Assembly (NCBI GenBank): GCA_026387835.1
Contig: JAPLKZ010000007.1
Span: 95,284 to 127,283 of the forward strand
Direction of reading: 5' to 3'
DNA from: Candidatus Saganbacteria bacterium
Lineage (GTDB): Bacteria > Margulisbacteria > WOR-1 > JAKLHX01
Length of the DNA stretch: 32,000 nucleotides
Shown: positions 1 through 13,094 of the stretch, piece by piece
How the letters are laid out: each line of letters starts with the position of its first letter
Numbering within the stretch: the stretch's first letter is position 1
Program-made: the position numbers and the translations under genes
The notes under the pieces: generated by a model
What the model was told of the DNA's origin: nothing
What the model saw: the letters and a program-made list of their open reading frames with translations, nothing else
Database searches by the model: none

Positions 1-192
1 AGAAAATTCCGCATGGAACATGTGGGGGTCACGAATATTTCAAGATCTATCCCCGCTGATTTTACGCCTTCTGTAATTATATGTATCGGATCAGACCCGA
101 AAATCTCTCAAAAATATGCAAAAAAGTTTAAATATAGAGAAGTAATCGGCTATGACAGCTTTGGTTCGCTGGTTATGCTGTACGGTCAATAG
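1..192 (+). CDS. 3' end of an unidentified CDS whose start lies upstream of the window
   Basis: Frame 1 is open from base 1 to TAG at 190-192 (63 codons ending ...EVIGYDSFGSLVMLYGQ*). It is absent from the ORF track because it has no in-window start. No motif I can recognise. Confidence 0.3.
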   Translation, partial: RKFRMEHVGVTNISRSIPADFTPSVIICIGSDPKISQKYAKKFKYREVIGYDSFGSLVMLYGQ

Positions 193-209
193 TTAACTCT
201 GTCCGGATA

Positions 210-218
210 TGATAAAAT
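210..218 (+). promoter_or_regulatory. Extended -10 promoter box TGATAAAAT in front of the first glycosyltransferase gene
   Basis: TG (210-211), one nt, then TAAAAT (213-218). The hexamer ends 7 nt before ATG 226 and there is no Shine-Dalgarno-like purine run in between. No convincing -35. Confidence 0.35.
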
Positions 219-225
219 ATATTCC

Positions 226-1026
226 ATGACCGATGAAAGAAAGGAACAAACTGATTTGCCGGAACATAACAGAGAAACCGGTCTTTCGCTTTCAGTGTTG
301 ATGCCGGTATACAATGAAAAATCCACGATATCAGAATGTATCGCAAGAGTATTTGCGGTCAAGAGCCCTTATATCTCCAGGATCGAGGTCATTACGGTTG
401 ACGACGGATCTACCGATGGTACGAGAGATATTTTGCGCGAACTTCAAAAAAAGCACCCCGGGCAATTGATCTATATTGAGCATGAAAGAAATCAAGGAAA
501 AGGCGCGGCGATCCGGACTGCCATTGACAGGGCAGGGAATGATATCTGCATTATTCAGGATGCGGACCTGGAATATGACCCTAATGATTATCACAAGATA
601 ATGGCCCCTTTTGTCAAAGAAAATGCCGATGCGGTTTTTGGCTCCAGGTTCTTAACCGGGGATTATAAACGCCTTCTGAATTACAGGCACGCGGTCATAA
701 ACCGTTTTTTAACTTTTCTGACCAATGTCGTGACAAATATCAATTTTACGGATATGGAAACATGCTATAAAGCTGTACGCACCGAACTTCTAAAATCCAT
801 ACCGATCAGAGCAAATTGTTTCGATCTCGAACCGGAAATATCGATCAAGCTTGCCAAAAGAGGCGCACATATATTCGAGGTGCCCATAAGTTACAGCGGA
901 CGGACAAGCGCGGAGGGTAAAAAGATCGGCTGGAAAGACGGTCTTATGGCGCTGAGAACACTGCTTAAATACAGTTTTGTGAATGACAGCAGCAAGAACG
1001 GCCCTAAAGCGGGTAAAAAGACATAA
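226..1026 (+). CDS. Family 2 glycosyltransferase (Dpm1 / polyprenol-phosphate glycosyltransferase-like catalytic domain)
   Basis: 266-aa ORF with GT2 signatures LSVLMPVYNE, VDDGSTDGT and the DxD-type QDADLEYDP. Confidence 0.85.
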   Translation: MTDERKEQTDLPEHNRETGLSLSVLMPVYNEKSTISECIARVFAVKSPYISRIEVITVDDGSTDGTRDILRELQKKHPGQLIYIEHERNQGKGAAIRTAIDRAGNDICIIQDADLEYDPNDYHKIMAPFVKENADAVFGSRFLTGDYKRLLNYRHAVINRFLTFLTNVVTNINFTDMETCYKAVRTELLKSIPIRANCFDLEPEISIKLAKRGAHIFEVPISYSGRTSAEGKKIGWKDGLMALRTLLKYSFVNDSSKNGPKAGKKT

Positions 1027-1039
1027 GGAGCTTATCAAA

Positions 1040-2362
1040 GTGAGAATATGTGTGATCGGAGTCGGTTATGTGGGATTGGTGACCGCCGCATGTCTGGCGG
1101 ACCTGGGCAATGAAGTAGTATGTGTCGACAGCAACAAAAAGAAGATAAGCGCTTTAAAAAAAGGCAGAGTCCCGTTTTATGAGCCGGGGCTGAAAGAATT
1201 GGTCGTTCATAATTTAAAAAATAAAAGACTCGCATTTACGGGCGATCTGACGCTCACGGTGAATAAAGCGGAGATAATATTTATCGCGGTCGGTACACCG
1301 CCAAAAGCCACGGGTGAAGCGGATGTGACGGCCGTTATCCAGGTGACAAAAGGTATTGCGCGGGCCATAAAAAGCAAAGGCATAAAAGTCCGCAAAAGCA
1401 GCCTGGGCTATAAACTTATTGTGAATAAAAGCACTGTCCCTGTCGGGATGGGGGACCTGGTCACAGAGACGCTCTTAAAATACGGTATTCCGAAAAAAAG
1501 TTTCGCAGTCGTCTCAAACCCGGAATTCCTGCGCGAAGGCTCAGCGCTTTCAGATTTCCGGTCGCCCGACCGTTTAGTGATCGGAGCCTCCAATAATAAA
1601 GCTTTCAATTTGATCACCGATCTTTACCGCCCTTTGAACGCGCATATCATTTTTACCAGTATTAAGAACGCGGAGCTTATAAAATATGCTTCGAACGCGT
1701 TCCTTGCAACAAAGATATCTTTTATCAATGAAATGGCGAATATCTGTGAAAGGCTGGGAGCCGATATTATCGAGGTCGCATTTGGCATGGGGCTGGACAA
1801 ACGGATCGGAAGAGGTTTTTTGAACGCCGGCGTCGGGTTCGGAGGCTCATGCTTTCCTAAAGATATTTCCGCATTGATACATCTTGCCAAGAGCCATGGT
1901 TATGAGCCGGTTATACTGAAGTCCACTAACGAATTTAACCGCAGCCAGAGAGAAGCCTTTGTCAGTAAGGTTGAAAAAAAATTGAAGGGCCTGAAAAATA
2001 AAACAATTGGTGTTTTGGGCTTATCGTTTAAACCGCAGACAGACGATCTGAGGGATGCCCCCTCCCTTGATATTATTGCCGGACTGCGGGGAAAGGGGGC
2101 CAAGGTCAAAGTTTATGATCCGATAGCCATGAACGCGGCAAAAAATATTCTGCGCGAGGTAACATTCTGCAAAAATGCCTATCAGGCTGCCGAGGGAAGC
2201 CACGCCCTGCTTATTATAACCGAATGGGACGAGTTCAAGGAACTGGACCTTAGCAGGATAAAAACTTCGATGAAAATGCCGGTCCTTATCGACGGAAGAA
2301 ATATTTATGACCCCCGGCGCATGAGGGAGATGGGCTTTCAATATACAGGCACAGGAAGATGA
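1040..2362 (+). CDS. ugd: UDP-glucose 6-dehydrogenase
   Basis: N-terminal Rossmann motif [10 protein letters not shown] and catalytic-Cys motif [11 protein letters not shown] moved the start to GTG 1040 (V20 of the track ORF) because AAGGAG sits at 1025-1030, 9 nt upstream, and the ATG at 983 would overlap the preceding gene by 44 nt. Confidence 0.9.
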   Translation: MRICVIGVGYVGLVTAACLADLGNEVVCVDSNKKKISALKKGRVPFYEPGLKELVVHNLKNKRLAFTGDLTLTVNKAEIIFIAVGTPPKATGEADVTAVIQVTKGIARAIKSKGIKVRKSSLGYKLIVNKSTVPVGMGDLVTETLLKYGIPKKSFAVVSNPEFLREGSALSDFRSPDRLVIGASNNKAFNLITDLYRPLNAHIIFTSIKNAELIKYASNAFLATKISFINEMANICERLGADIIEVAFGMGLDKRIGRGFLNAGVGFGGSCFPKDISALIHLAKSHGYEPVILKSTNEFNRSQREAFVSKVEKKLKGLKNKTIGVLGLSFKPQTDDLRDAPSLDIIAGLRGKGAKVKVYDPIAMNAAKNILREVTFCKNAYQAAEGSHALLIITEWDEFKELDLSRIKTSMKMPVLIDGRNIYDPRRMREMGFQYTGTGR

Positions 2363-3282
2363 CAAGATTTTTGCTGACCGGCGGGGCCGGATTTATCGGG
2401 TCGCATCTGTCCGATTTTCTCCTGCAGCAAGGCCATCATGTTATTTGCATTGACAATCTTATTACCGGCGACCCGGCGAATATAGAGCACAACATTAAAA
2501 ATGAGCGTTTTAGTTTCATCCGGCAGGATATCTGCCGGCAGATCAAGATAGACGGTTGTATAGACTGCGTACTTCATTTTGCCTCGCCGGCAAGCCCCAT
2601 AGATTATTTAAAGATCCCTCTTGAGACAATGCGGGCAGGCTCGATCGGCACATTTAATACTTTGGATCTCGCGCAACAAAAGAACGCGAAATATCTTTTT
2701 GCGTCAACTTCTGAGATATACGGGGACCCGTTGGAACATCCGCAAACCGAGAGTTACTTTGGGAATGTCAATTCGGTCGGTCCCCGGGCAGTTTACGATG
2801 AGGCGAAAAGATTTTCCGAAGCGCTGACGATGGCTTATCACCGCGCCCATAATGTGGACACCCGGATCATCCGTATCTTTAACACTTACGGGCCGCGTAT
2901 GCGGAAAGCGGACGGGAGGGTCATCCCCAATTTTATTAATCAGGCATTAAGTGATGAGCCGCTGACCGTCTACGGTGAAGGAAAACAGACGAGAAGCTTT
3001 TGCTATGTTTCCGATCTTGTCGCCGGGATATATAAACTGGTAAATTCGGCCGTGCATGAGCCCGTGAACATGGGAAATCCCAATGAAACCACAGTGATCG
3101 ATGCGGCGAAAAAGATCATTAAACTGACAGGAAGTAAAAGCAAGATAGTTTATTGTCCGATGCCGGTCGATGACCCCAAAGTCAGGCGTCCGGATATCAG
3201 CAGAGCGGTGAAAGAACTGGGCTGGCAGCCGGCAGTCGATTTTGAGGAAGGCCTTATAAAAACCATCAAGTGGTTTAAATGA
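2359..3282 (+). CDS. uxs: UDP-glucuronate decarboxylase (UDP-xylose synthase), extended SDR
   Basis: [34 protein letters not shown] and YDEAKR (YxxxK) match the UXS subfamily pattern. ATGA start/stop overlap with ugd, whose product is its substrate. Confidence 0.8.
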   Translation: MTRFLLTGGAGFIGSHLSDFLLQQGHHVICIDNLITGDPANIEHNIKNERFSFIRQDICRQIKIDGCIDCVLHFASPASPIDYLKIPLETMRAGSIGTFNTLDLAQQKNAKYLFASTSEIYGDPLEHPQTESYFGNVNSVGPRAVYDEAKRFSEALTMAYHRAHNVDTRIIRIFNTYGPRMRKADGRVIPNFINQALSDEPLTVYGEGKQTRSFCYVSDLVAGIYKLVNSAVHEPVNMGNPNETTVIDAAKKIIKLTGSKSKIVYCPMPVDDPKVRRPDISRAVKELGWQPAVDFEEGLIKTIKWFK

Positions 3283-4415
3283 AGGTATCAATAAAAAAAA
3301 TATTCATAGTACTGTTCTTTCTTTCTTACCTTTTTTATGTTCTTTCAAGCGCATTCTATTTAAAAGCGCATTTTCAGTGGCTTTATTTAGCGAAACACAT
3401 TATGATCGCAATGATATGTGTTGTCGGGATGTTCACCTTCAGCAAAGTCATCAATAAAAGGCACTTGCTTCTCTTTATGGTGTTTCTTCCCGTGTTTATT
3501 CCATTCTTGTTCTTTAACTGGACCGGATGGGTTATGGCTTTTCAGAATATTATCTTTTTTGCCGCGGCTGTGATAATAAGTAAATACTGGACAAAAAGGG
3601 ATACATTCTCCATAATAATCCTCTTTCTTGCTGTCTCGATGATCCCTGTATTCATAGATCTGTTATTTAACGCCGCGGGGTTCATATATAACACTTGGTA
3701 CGGCAGACCGAGACTATTGCTCGGGTATTTTCACCCCAAAGAAGCAAGTATCGCACTTTTGATCCCGATACTTCTGGCGCGGTTCTTCATAACAGATAAA
3801 AAGATCAAATATCAGTTCGTCATTTTTTTCGATCTGCCGGTATTGGTCCTGCTCTATTTTGTTTCTTCAAGGAATACTTTGTTCTTTTATGCTAATTTCC
3901 TGCTGCTTTCTTTTCTGCTAAAACGGATAAAGTTTGTTCCGACCATTATCTTATACGGCCTTACATATATCGGAATACCTCTGCTTTTCCTGGCCCAATA
4001 TTATGAAGAGATAAATCTGTGGCTAAGCAAACGCCTGAGTATTTGGATGACAGGGAATATATCTTTTTTTGGATCAGGGATGGCAATGGCATCCATAGCG
4101 GAGTACGGTGTGTTTTCCAAATTCCGCATAGATAATTTTTACCTTGACTACCTTATAGAGAACGGAGTAATCCCTTTTGTTTTTCTGATCACCGTGCTTT
4201 TTCTGATAATATTAAAACTGCGCAGCACAAAGATCAGGGGGGTGTATGTTAACGCGGTGTACATACCGTTCTTGATCAGCTGTGTATTCGACTCGGGGAT
4301 GTTCTCGAGCGGGAATTTTCTCAATTTGTTCGTCTGGTCATTTGTGGCGGCCGGCCTGTGTTTTAAGAGCGAGTCGTTTGATACGGTGAAAAATGAAACA
4401 GCTGGTCCTGGATAA
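3279..4415 (+). CDS. Polytopic membrane protein of the O-antigen ligase/polymerase (Wzy_C) family
   Basis: 378 aa, about 10 hydrophobic segments, visibly AT-rich as is typical for wzy. Near the C-terminus, [14 protein letters not shown] resembles the family motif HNxxLxxxxExG with Asp in place of His. ATGA overlap with uxs. Confidence 0.6.
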   Translation: MKVSIKKIFIVLFFLSYLFYVLSSAFYLKAHFQWLYLAKHIMIAMICVVGMFTFSKVINKRHLLLFMVFLPVFIPFLFFNWTGWVMAFQNIIFFAAAVIISKYWTKRDTFSIIILFLAVSMIPVFIDLLFNAAGFIYNTWYGRPRLLLGYFHPKEASIALLIPILLARFFITDKKIKYQFVIFFDLPVLVLLYFVSSRNTLFFYANFLLLSFLLKRIKFVPTIILYGLTYIGIPLLFLAQYYEEINLWLSKRLSIWMTGNISFFGSGMAMASIAEYGVFSKFRIDNFYLDYLIENGVIPFVFLITVLFLIILKLRSTKIRGVYVNAVYIPFLISCVFDSGMFSSGNFLNLFVWSFVAAGLCFKSESFDTVKNETAGPG

Positions 4416-5496
4416 TATAATATTCGGCCTGCAGAGATCGGGAGGCATAAGCAGATATTGGCAAGAGATCTTAGATCGTCTTATTGCGGACGATGAGTTT
4501 GCTGATCTTTCCTTCCTGGAACCGGCGCATGCAGGGGGCAACATATTCAGGCGGAAGACAGTTATCCCGGAAGAAAAAAAACGGCATCAATTGCCCATAC
4601 CTTCAATAGCCATGCAATTCTTGCCCGTGAGATTGGATGCCCCGGCTGTTTTTCATTCCAGTTACTTCAGGTATGCTATTGGCAGAGAGGTCAATAATAT
4701 AGTAACAGTATACGATTGCATCTATGAGCGGTTTAGAGGGAGCTCTATGGCAGCTTTTCTCCACAAGATAAGAACGAGAGCCCTGAGGCATGCTGACATT
4801 GTGATCTGCATTTCAAAAAGCACGGCGAATGACGTGATGAAATATTATCCGTATGTCAGCAAAGATAAGATCAGAGTCATCAGTTTGGCGGCAGGCGATG
4901 AGTTTTATAAGATGAAAGCAATTCCGGATAAAATTATTATTAACGGGCAAAGTATCATTAAGAATTCATATCTTTTGTATGTCGGAAAACGAGACGGCTA
5001 TAAAAACTTTTCCGTGCTTATCAAGGCAATGGGGATATTAAAGAAAAAGGATTTGTCTTTGCCATGCGTCTTTGTTGTCGGCGGTGAACGGCAATTGCTT
5101 TCGAAACACACATCATTGATAAAAGAGCATGGTGTCGGAGATAAAGTTATCAGGACCTCCACTTGTGATGCGGCGGAATTAAATTTGTATTATAACTGCG
5201 CAAAGGCATATATTTGCACATCTTTGTATGAAGGGTTTGGGCTGCCTGTCCTGGAAGCATTTAAGGCGGGATGTCCTGTTATAACGGCAAACAATTCTTC
5301 TCTCGGGGAAGTAGCAGGGGACGCGGCACTGTTCTTTGATGCCGGGGATCCCGACAGCCTTGCCAGGCAGATCGAAAGTATATGTAATAACGTCCTAGCG
5401 GACAAATTCCGAAAAGCCGGGATTGAAAGAGCAAAATCGTTTTCCTGGGGCAATGCATACAGGGAAACAAAACAGGTTTACCTTTCACTGCTTTAG
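4393..5496 (+). CDS. Family 4 (group 1) glycosyltransferase
   Basis: C-terminal GT-B motif YEGFGLPVLEAFKAGCPVITANNSSLGEVAG (EX7E). 23-nt overlap with the upstream gene. Confidence 0.8.
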   Translation: MKQLVLDNIIFGLQRSGGISRYWQEILDRLIADDEFADLSFLEPAHAGGNIFRRKTVIPEEKKRHQLPIPSIAMQFLPVRLDAPAVFHSSYFRYAIGREVNNIVTVYDCIYERFRGSSMAAFLHKIRTRALRHADIVICISKSTANDVMKYYPYVSKDKIRVISLAAGDEFYKMKAIPDKIIINGQSIIKNSYLLYVGKRDGYKNFSVLIKAMGILKKKDLSLPCVFVVGGERQLLSKHTSLIKEHGVGDKVIRTSTCDAAELNLYYNCAKAYICTSLYEGFGLPVLEAFKAGCPVITANNSSLGEVAGDAALFFDAGDPDSLARQIESICNNVLADKFRKAGIERAKSFSWGNAYRETKQVYLSLL

Positions 5497-5511
5497 AAAG
5501 GAAGTTAAATT

Positions 5512-6270
5512 ATGAAAAATCCTAAAATCTCAATAGTGACCGTAGTATTCAACAACAAAGAAATGATCGCTTCGGCTGTCGATTCGGTGCTGTCACAAAC
5601 ATATAGAAACATCGAATACATTATTGTTGACGGCGGCTCAACTGACGGAACTGCCGGGATAATAAAAAGTTACGGAAAAAAAATAGGAAAATATATTTCC
5701 GAGCCCGACAAAGGGATCTATGATGCCATGAATAAAGGCATTAAACTTGCCACAGGTGATATTGTCGGCGTTCTGAATTCGGATGACATGTTCTATGATA
5801 AGTTCGTTGTGGAAGATATCGCCAAGACGTTTGTGGAAAACGATGCGGATTGCGTGTACGGAGACCTTGTGTATGTCGACAGGAATGACGTCAATAAGGT
5901 GACGCGCAGATGGGATTCGTGCGCCTTCAAGAGCGGATTGTTTGAAAAAAGCTGGACGCCGGCCCATCCTACGTTCTATTGTAAAAGAGAACTCTTTGAA
6001 AGGCTGGGGTATTACAGGCTTGATTTTAAGATAGCAGCCGATGTTGATCTGATGTTCAGGTTCCTGGAGATCGCGGGGATCAGCTCGCGTTATATCCCGC
6101 GCATGATGGTGAAGATGAGGGATTGCGGCGTAAGTAACACAGGCCTGTCGAGTGCAATTACGATAACCAAAGAAATGCGTCAGGTTTTCATGGAGAACGG
6201 CAGAAGATTTAATCTTTTGAGCTATCTTTTTCATAAGGCCTTGAAGATAAGGCAGAAGATATTGAAATGA
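5512..6270 (+). CDS. Family 2 glycosyltransferase
   Basis: ISIVTVVFNN...SVLSQTY.NIEYIIVDGGSTDGT and LNSDD are classic GT2 N-terminal motifs. AAGGAAG lies upstream of the ATG. Confidence 0.8.
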   Translation: MKNPKISIVTVVFNNKEMIASAVDSVLSQTYRNIEYIIVDGGSTDGTAGIIKSYGKKIGKYISEPDKGIYDAMNKGIKLATGDIVGVLNSDDMFYDKFVVEDIAKTFVENDADCVYGDLVYVDRNDVNKVTRRWDSCAFKSGLFEKSWTPAHPTFYCKRELFERLGYYRLDFKIAADVDLMFRFLEIAGISSRYIPRMMVKMRDCGVSNTGLSSAITITKEMRQVFMENGRRFNLLSYLFHKALKIRQKILK

Positions 6271-7202
6271 AACAAGTTCTGGTAACAGGAGCGGGAGGAT
6301 TTATCGGAACCCAGCTGGTAATGGAGATGATACGGCAGGGAATAGACCCGATATGTTCGGAAAAGGACGACGGGGCAAGGCAGAGACTTGCGGATATCGG
6401 CGTTAAGAACTTCTGCCGGAATATTCAGGACCTGGGATATTTGGATGCCGTGATCCACCTTGCCGGCAGGGTTCACCAAATGAAGGAAAGGTCGCAATAT
6501 CCGGAGCGGGAATATGAAAAGGATAATATCGGCCTTGCCGTCGACGTGGCGCAAAAGTCCATACTTAAAGGCGCAAAAAAGATCATCTTTGCAAGTACCG
6601 TTAAGGTATATGGTGAAAGGCCGGGACATTATACAGAGAAGGATCCGTCCGTTCCGGAAGAACCTTACGGGGCGTCGAAATCGATCGCCGAGTCAAAACT
6701 GACCGAGCTCGTGAACAGCTCTGAAAATGCCCGCCTGGTCATAATGCGATTTCCCATGGTATTCGGGCCGGGGAACAAGGGGAATATGCTCCCGCTTCTT
6801 CGGGCCGCTTCAAAAAAATTATTCCTTCCTCTGGGAGCGTCAGTGGGAAAAAGGAGCGTTCTTTATGTAGGCAATCTTGTCTTGGCCCTGTTGCGGGCCC
6901 TGGAGCATGACGTTGCGGAGAAGGTCAGTGTATACAATATAAAAGATGCGGACGTTTCGTCCGGCGAGCTTTACTGCGCGATAACCAGGGCGATGGGTTA
7001 TGGTGAAAGATTATTGTACGTTCCGGAAGGCGTATTTAATGCAGCATCCGCCATATTTCCTGCGGTAAAGAAATTCAAAAAAAGGCTTTTCGATGAGTTC
7101 GTCTTTGATGACAGCAAATTCATAGAAACATACGGCTGGCGGCCAAAATTCACCTTTGATGAGTCGATAAGAAATACTGTTGAATGGTTCCGCAACCCAT
7201 GA
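6267..7202 (+). CDS. NAD-dependent epimerase/dehydratase-family SDR. Possibly the 4-keto reductase partner of the CapD/WbpM-type dehydratase (WbpV/WbpK-like), which is inference only.
   Basis: VTGAGGFIGTQL Rossmann motif and PYGASK (YxxxK). ATGA overlap with the upstream GT2. Substrate cannot be read from the sequence. Confidence 0.7.
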   Translation: MKQVLVTGAGGFIGTQLVMEMIRQGIDPICSEKDDGARQRLADIGVKNFCRNIQDLGYLDAVIHLAGRVHQMKERSQYPEREYEKDNIGLAVDVAQKSILKGAKKIIFASTVKVYGERPGHYTEKDPSVPEEPYGASKSIAESKLTELVNSSENARLVIMRFPMVFGPGNKGNMLPLLRAASKKLFLPLGASVGKRSVLYVGNLVLALLRALEHDVAEKVSVYNIKDADVSSGELYCAITRAMGYGERLLYVPEGVFNAASAIFPAVKKFKKRLFDEFVFDDSKFIETYGWRPKFTFDESIRNTVEWFRNP

Positions 7203-7235
7203 TCATTCCAAACGATCTTCGGTCAGATTAACCTT

Positions 7236-7271
7236 TTGATCCAAGCTTCTTTCGGAATGTTATAATAATAT
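7236..7271 (+). promoter_or_regulatory. Candidate internal promoter for the rmd-gmd-fcl block
   Basis: TTGATC (7236-7241), then TGTTATAAT (7258-7266, extended -10) overlapping a second TAATAT (7266-7271) that ends 7 nt before ATG 7279. No SD. Lies in the only sizeable (76-nt) gap in this part of the locus. Confidence 0.35.
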
Positions 7272-7278
7272 AAACCTT

Positions 7279-8240
7279 ATGAAAGTACTTATCACAGGAA
7301 TCACGGGTTTTGTCGGCAGTCATCTGGCCGAACATCTCCTGGCTGAAGGAATGGAGGTTTTTGGGGCGGCAAGGTGGCGGAGCAGCAAAGACAATATCGA
7401 GAATATAAAGGATAAGATCAAACTCCTTGAATGCGACATAAACGATGCGTTTTCCGTAAAGCAGATGCTAATAGATATTAAGCCAGACCAGGTTTATCAT
7501 CTGGCGGGGCAGAGCTCGGTAGCGGCTTCTTGGAACAGCCCGGCAGAAACAATAAATACTAATGTAATAGGTCAGATAAATATTCTGGAAGCGGTCCGCA
7601 TGTTAAAGCCGGACACGCAGCTCCATATTGCCGGAAGCAGTGAGGAATACGGCCTTGTAACGGAAAAAGATATCCCCATAAATGAAGACGTTCAGCTCAG
7701 GCCTCTTTCGCCGTATTCGGTCAGTAAAGTCGCCCAGGACCTTTTGGGCTACCAGTATTTTAAGAGTTATGGCATGAAGATCATCCGGACCAGGGCGTTT
7801 AACCATACGGGGCCCAGGCATTCGGATATTTTTGTGACCTCTAATTTTGCCAGGCAGATCGCCCTGATAGAAAAAGGCAGACAAGAGCCGGTAGTAAAAG
7901 CAGGCAACCTTGAGGCGCGAAGAGATTATACTGATGTAAGAGATATTGCAAAAGCGTACCGGCTCGCCCTGCAAAAGGGGGACATGGGGGAAGTATATAA
8001 TATATGTTCGGGAAAGGCCGTCAGCATCAGGAAAATGCTTGATATTCTTCTGTCTTTCAGCACGAAAAAGATCACCGTTGAAACGGACCCTTCAAGGCTG
8101 AGGCCATCGGATATTCCCGTCATGCAGGGGGACTGCGCAAAATTCGTCTCAAAAACCGGCTGGTTGCCTTCGATCCCTCTTGAAAAAACGTTAAAAGACA
8201 CATTTGATTATTGGATCGGTGAGATAGAAAGGCAACATAT

Positions 8241-8244
<4 letters not shown>
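7279..8244 (+). CDS. rmd: GDP-4-dehydro-6-deoxy-D-mannose reductase (GDP-D-rhamnose forming)
   Basis: [12 protein letters not shown] and PYSVSK (YxxxK). GMD-like SDR, translationally coupled (ATGA) immediately upstream of gmd, the same pairing as rmd-gmd in the Pseudomonas aeruginosa common-antigen cluster. Confidence 0.7.
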
Positions 8245-10225
<1,981 letters not shown>

Positions 10226-10230
10226 GACCT

Positions 10231-11256
10231 ATGACCGACAACTTTTTTATAATTCTCCCGTTAGTACTGGTGATCTCAATACTAACGACCTTTATACTGC
10301 AATGGCTGTCATATAAATTCGGGCTGTTTTCCGACAAGCCGAACCGCAGGAGCTCCCACTCAAATATCATTCCCAGATGCGGAGGCGTAACATTTTTGAT
10401 CTTATTTGCCGTATTCATATTTCCTTTATTTGATCTGAAAAACAGTCTGAATATCGCCTATCTGGCCGGGGCGGCGGCATTCCTTGTCGTCGGCCTGTCA
10501 GACGACCTTTCAATAATGAAAGGCAGCCATAAGATCGCCGCGACTTTTGCGGCCGCATTTATCCCGATCATATTCGGGGTCAGGCTCGACGGTTTCGGGC
10601 TGGGTTTTGATGCGGGTATTTTCAGCTATATGCTTACTTTCCTCTGGATCTTCGGGCTGATAAACGCGTTCAATTTTATGGACGGCATCGACGGCCTGAT
10701 AGGAGGGATATCACTGATCTCCTCTTTTGTCTTGCTGGCGTTCTCGCTTATCTCCGGAAATATTACGGTCGCGATGGTGTCAACCGTAATAATTGCCGGC
10801 TGTCTGGGCTTTCTGTTGTTTAATTACAGCCCCGCATCGATATTTCTCGGCGATACCGGAAGTTTATTTTTAGGATACAATTTTGCGGTGCTGTCAATAT
10901 TTTTGGCAAACTCCGGTGCCTGCAAAGTCCAAATATACCCTTTTGTCATACTTTTTGCTCCCGTAATTTATGATTCGCTAAGTACCGTTATAAGAAGAGC
11001 CTGGGAAGGCAAAAATCTGATCGAGGCCCATAGGGACCATCTGTATCAGAAATTGATAATCCACGGTTATTCGCACAGAAGTATCAGCATAATATATTAC
11101 GTGCTTACGATATTTCTGGGCTATATTTCAATAATGTCAAGATCAATGCTATTATCAACAAAGATACCGGCAATGATCTGTCTGTTGTTCTTTTTGGCCG
11201 CGGGTTCGGTCATCGCCGAAAGGCTGGGAAAAAAACATGCTAAAAAGCATAATTAA
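10231..11256 (+). CDS. MraY/WecA-family polyprenyl-phosphate HexNAc-1-phosphate transferase (WecA/WbpL-like initiating enzyme)
   Basis: 341-aa polytopic protein with VGLSDDL and the family motif NAFNFMDGIDGL. Confidence 0.85.
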   Translation: MTDNFFIILPLVLVISILTTFILQWLSYKFGLFSDKPNRRSSHSNIIPRCGGVTFLILFAVFIFPLFDLKNSLNIAYLAGAAAFLVVGLSDDLSIMKGSHKIAATFAAAFIPIIFGVRLDGFGLGFDAGIFSYMLTFLWIFGLINAFNFMDGIDGLIGGISLISSFVLLAFSLISGNITVAMVSTVIIAGCLGFLLFNYSPASIFLGDTGSLFLGYNFAVLSIFLANSGACKVQIYPFVILFAPVIYDSLSTVIRRAWEGKNLIEAHRDHLYQKLIIHGYSHRSISIIYYVLTIFLGYISIMSRSMLLSTKIPAMICLLFFLAAGSVIAERLGKKHAKKHN

Positions 11257-13090
11257 AAGACTTGAGCCGTTCCTCCGGGAGAACAAGCTGGCAATATTGC
11301 TTTCTGTCGATGTTATCTCGATGACCGCGTCAATATTATTGTCGGTCGTCCTGCTTGAACAGAACAACTGGGCGGATATCGCCGCTTTTATCTTTCATTA
11401 CTGGTGGATATTCCCGTTCATCATCGCGTTCAGGATAGGTGTCTTCAGGAATTACGGCCTGTACCACTGGGCCTGGCAATATATGAGCGTAAAAGAGGTC
11501 CTGTCACTGATAAAGGCGATCGTGTTAAGTTCGATGCTCGTTTTGATGAGCCTGATAATCTTAAGCCAGAGGGATTTCCCTTTTTCTCTTCTCGTGATAG
11601 AAGCGTTCCTGTGCTTTGCGGCTATCGGCTCCACGAGACTTATCATAAGATTGTGGAAGGAATCGCAATCAAGGCTGCATTATGAAGGAGAAGAGCGGAG
11701 AGCCCTGATAGTAGGCGCGGGAGACGCGGGAGAGACCATACTCAGGGAGATGCAGAAAAATCCGCAGTTGAAATATGTCCCCGTAGGTTTTGTTGACGAC
11801 AATTTATCAAAACGGGGCGTGTTCATACATCATCTTCCCGTTTTAGGCTCTTCCCAGGAGATCCCGGAAATCGTGGAAAACAATGAAATTGATGAAATAA
11901 TAATCGCGATACCTACCGCCAGCAGAAAGCAGATCAGGAAGATCGTCGGTTATTGCGAGGAAACCAAAGCTAAATTCAAGATCGTTCCGGGAATATACGA
12001 ATTGATCGACGGTACGGTCCATGTGGCGCAGATAAGAAATGTCGAGATCGAAGATCTTTTGGGGAGAGAGACGATCACGCTCGACAATAAGAGCATTTCT
12101 TCGTACATATCCGATTCGGTGATCATGGTCACGGGAGCGGGAGGCTCTATCGGGTCTGAGCTTTGCAGAAAGATCGCGATGTTCAATCCCAAAGAATTGG
12201 TCTGTATCGGAAAAGGGGAGAACAGTATTTTTGATATCGAAGCGGAACTCACGGATAAATATCCGTTCCTGGAGATACGGCCTTTTATCGCAGATATACG
12301 CGACAAGGCGAGGATGGAAAATATATTCAAACGGACAAAACCGGATGTCATTTTCCATGCCGCGGCGCACAAACACGTGTATCTGATGGAGAGAGACGCC
12401 GATGAAGCGGTGCTGAACAATATAATGGGAACAAAAAATATGGCAGAACTGGCAAAAAAATATAAAGCAAAGGAATTTGTGCTGATATCCACGGATAAAG
12501 CGGTCAATCCGTCCAGTGTCATGGGCGCGACAAAAAGAATAGCGGAAATGACAATAAAATCTCTGGCGGACAGCCAAAGCGATACTAAATTCGTTTCCGT
12601 CAGGTTCGGCAACGTTCTGGGAAGCAGAGGAAGCGTCGTCCAGATATTCAAGAAACAGATAGCCGAGGGAGGTCCAGTTACTGTCACCCATCCCGAAGCA
12701 ACAAGATATTTTATGACCATACAGGAGGCGGCGCAGCTGGTCATCCAGGCAGGCGCAATGGGCAGCGGCGGAGAAACATTCATCCTTGATATGGGAGAGC
12801 CCGTGAAGATCCTGGACCTGGCAAAAGACCTTATAAGGCTGTCGGGGCTTGAAATGGGCATCGATATTGATATAAAATTCGTAGGTTTAAAACCCGGCGA
12901 AAAGCTGTATGAAGAATTGCTGACCACTGAAGAAGGCACTAAAGCCACAAAACACGAAAAAATATTTGTTGCTCCGGCAGCCATGATCGACAGGGGCAGA
13001 CTGGATGATATTATTGATAAACTTGAGAAAGCGGCGGAAGAAGGGCATTGCGAAGAAATAAAAGCCTTATTAAAGGTAACCGCTAAATAA
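11237..13090 (+). CDS. Membrane-anchored CapD/WbpM/PglF-type UDP-HexNAc 4,6-dehydratase
   Basis: N-terminal TM segments, two Rossmann regions (LIVGAGDAGE and VTGAGGSIGSEL), HAAAHKHV and ISTDKAVNPSSVMGATKRIAE. Adjacent to the WecA/WbpL-like gene, as wbpL-wbpM are in Pseudomonas O-antigen loci. Confidence 0.88.
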   Translation: MLKSIIKRLEPFLRENKLAILLSVDVISMTASILLSVVLLEQNNWADIAAFIFHYWWIFPFIIAFRIGVFRNYGLYHWAWQYMSVKEVLSLIKAIVLSSMLVLMSLIILSQRDFPFSLLVIEAFLCFAAIGSTRLIIRLWKESQSRLHYEGEERRALIVGAGDAGETILREMQKNPQLKYVPVGFVDDNLSKRGVFIHHLPVLGSSQEIPEIVENNEIDEIIIAIPTASRKQIRKIVGYCEETKAKFKIVPGIYELIDGTVHVAQIRNVEIEDLLGRETITLDNKSISSYISDSVIMVTGAGGSIGSELCRKIAMFNPKELVCIGKGENSIFDIEAELTDKYPFLEIRPFIADIRDKARMENIFKRTKPDVIFHAAAHKHVYLMERDADEAVLNNIMGTKNMAELAKKYKAKEFVLISTDKAVNPSSVMGATKRIAEMTIKSLADSQSDTKFVSVRFGNVLGSRGSVVQIFKKQIAEGGPVTVTHPEATRYFMTIQEAAQLVIQAGAMGSGGETFILDMGEPVKILDLAKDLIRLSGLEMGIDIDIKFVGLKPGEKLYEELLTTEEGTKATKHEKIFVAPAAMIDRGRLDDIIDKLEKAAEEGHCEEIKALLKVTAK

Positions 13091-13094
13091 ATAT

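Noticed and set aside
983-1039. ATG 983 as the start of ugd (19 extra N-terminal residues overlapping the GT2 gene).
   Set aside because: The Rossmann fold begins right after GTG 1040, which is preceded by AAGGAG at ideal spacing. The extension, MTAARTALKRVKRHKELIK, is simply the other frame of the upstream gene's end.
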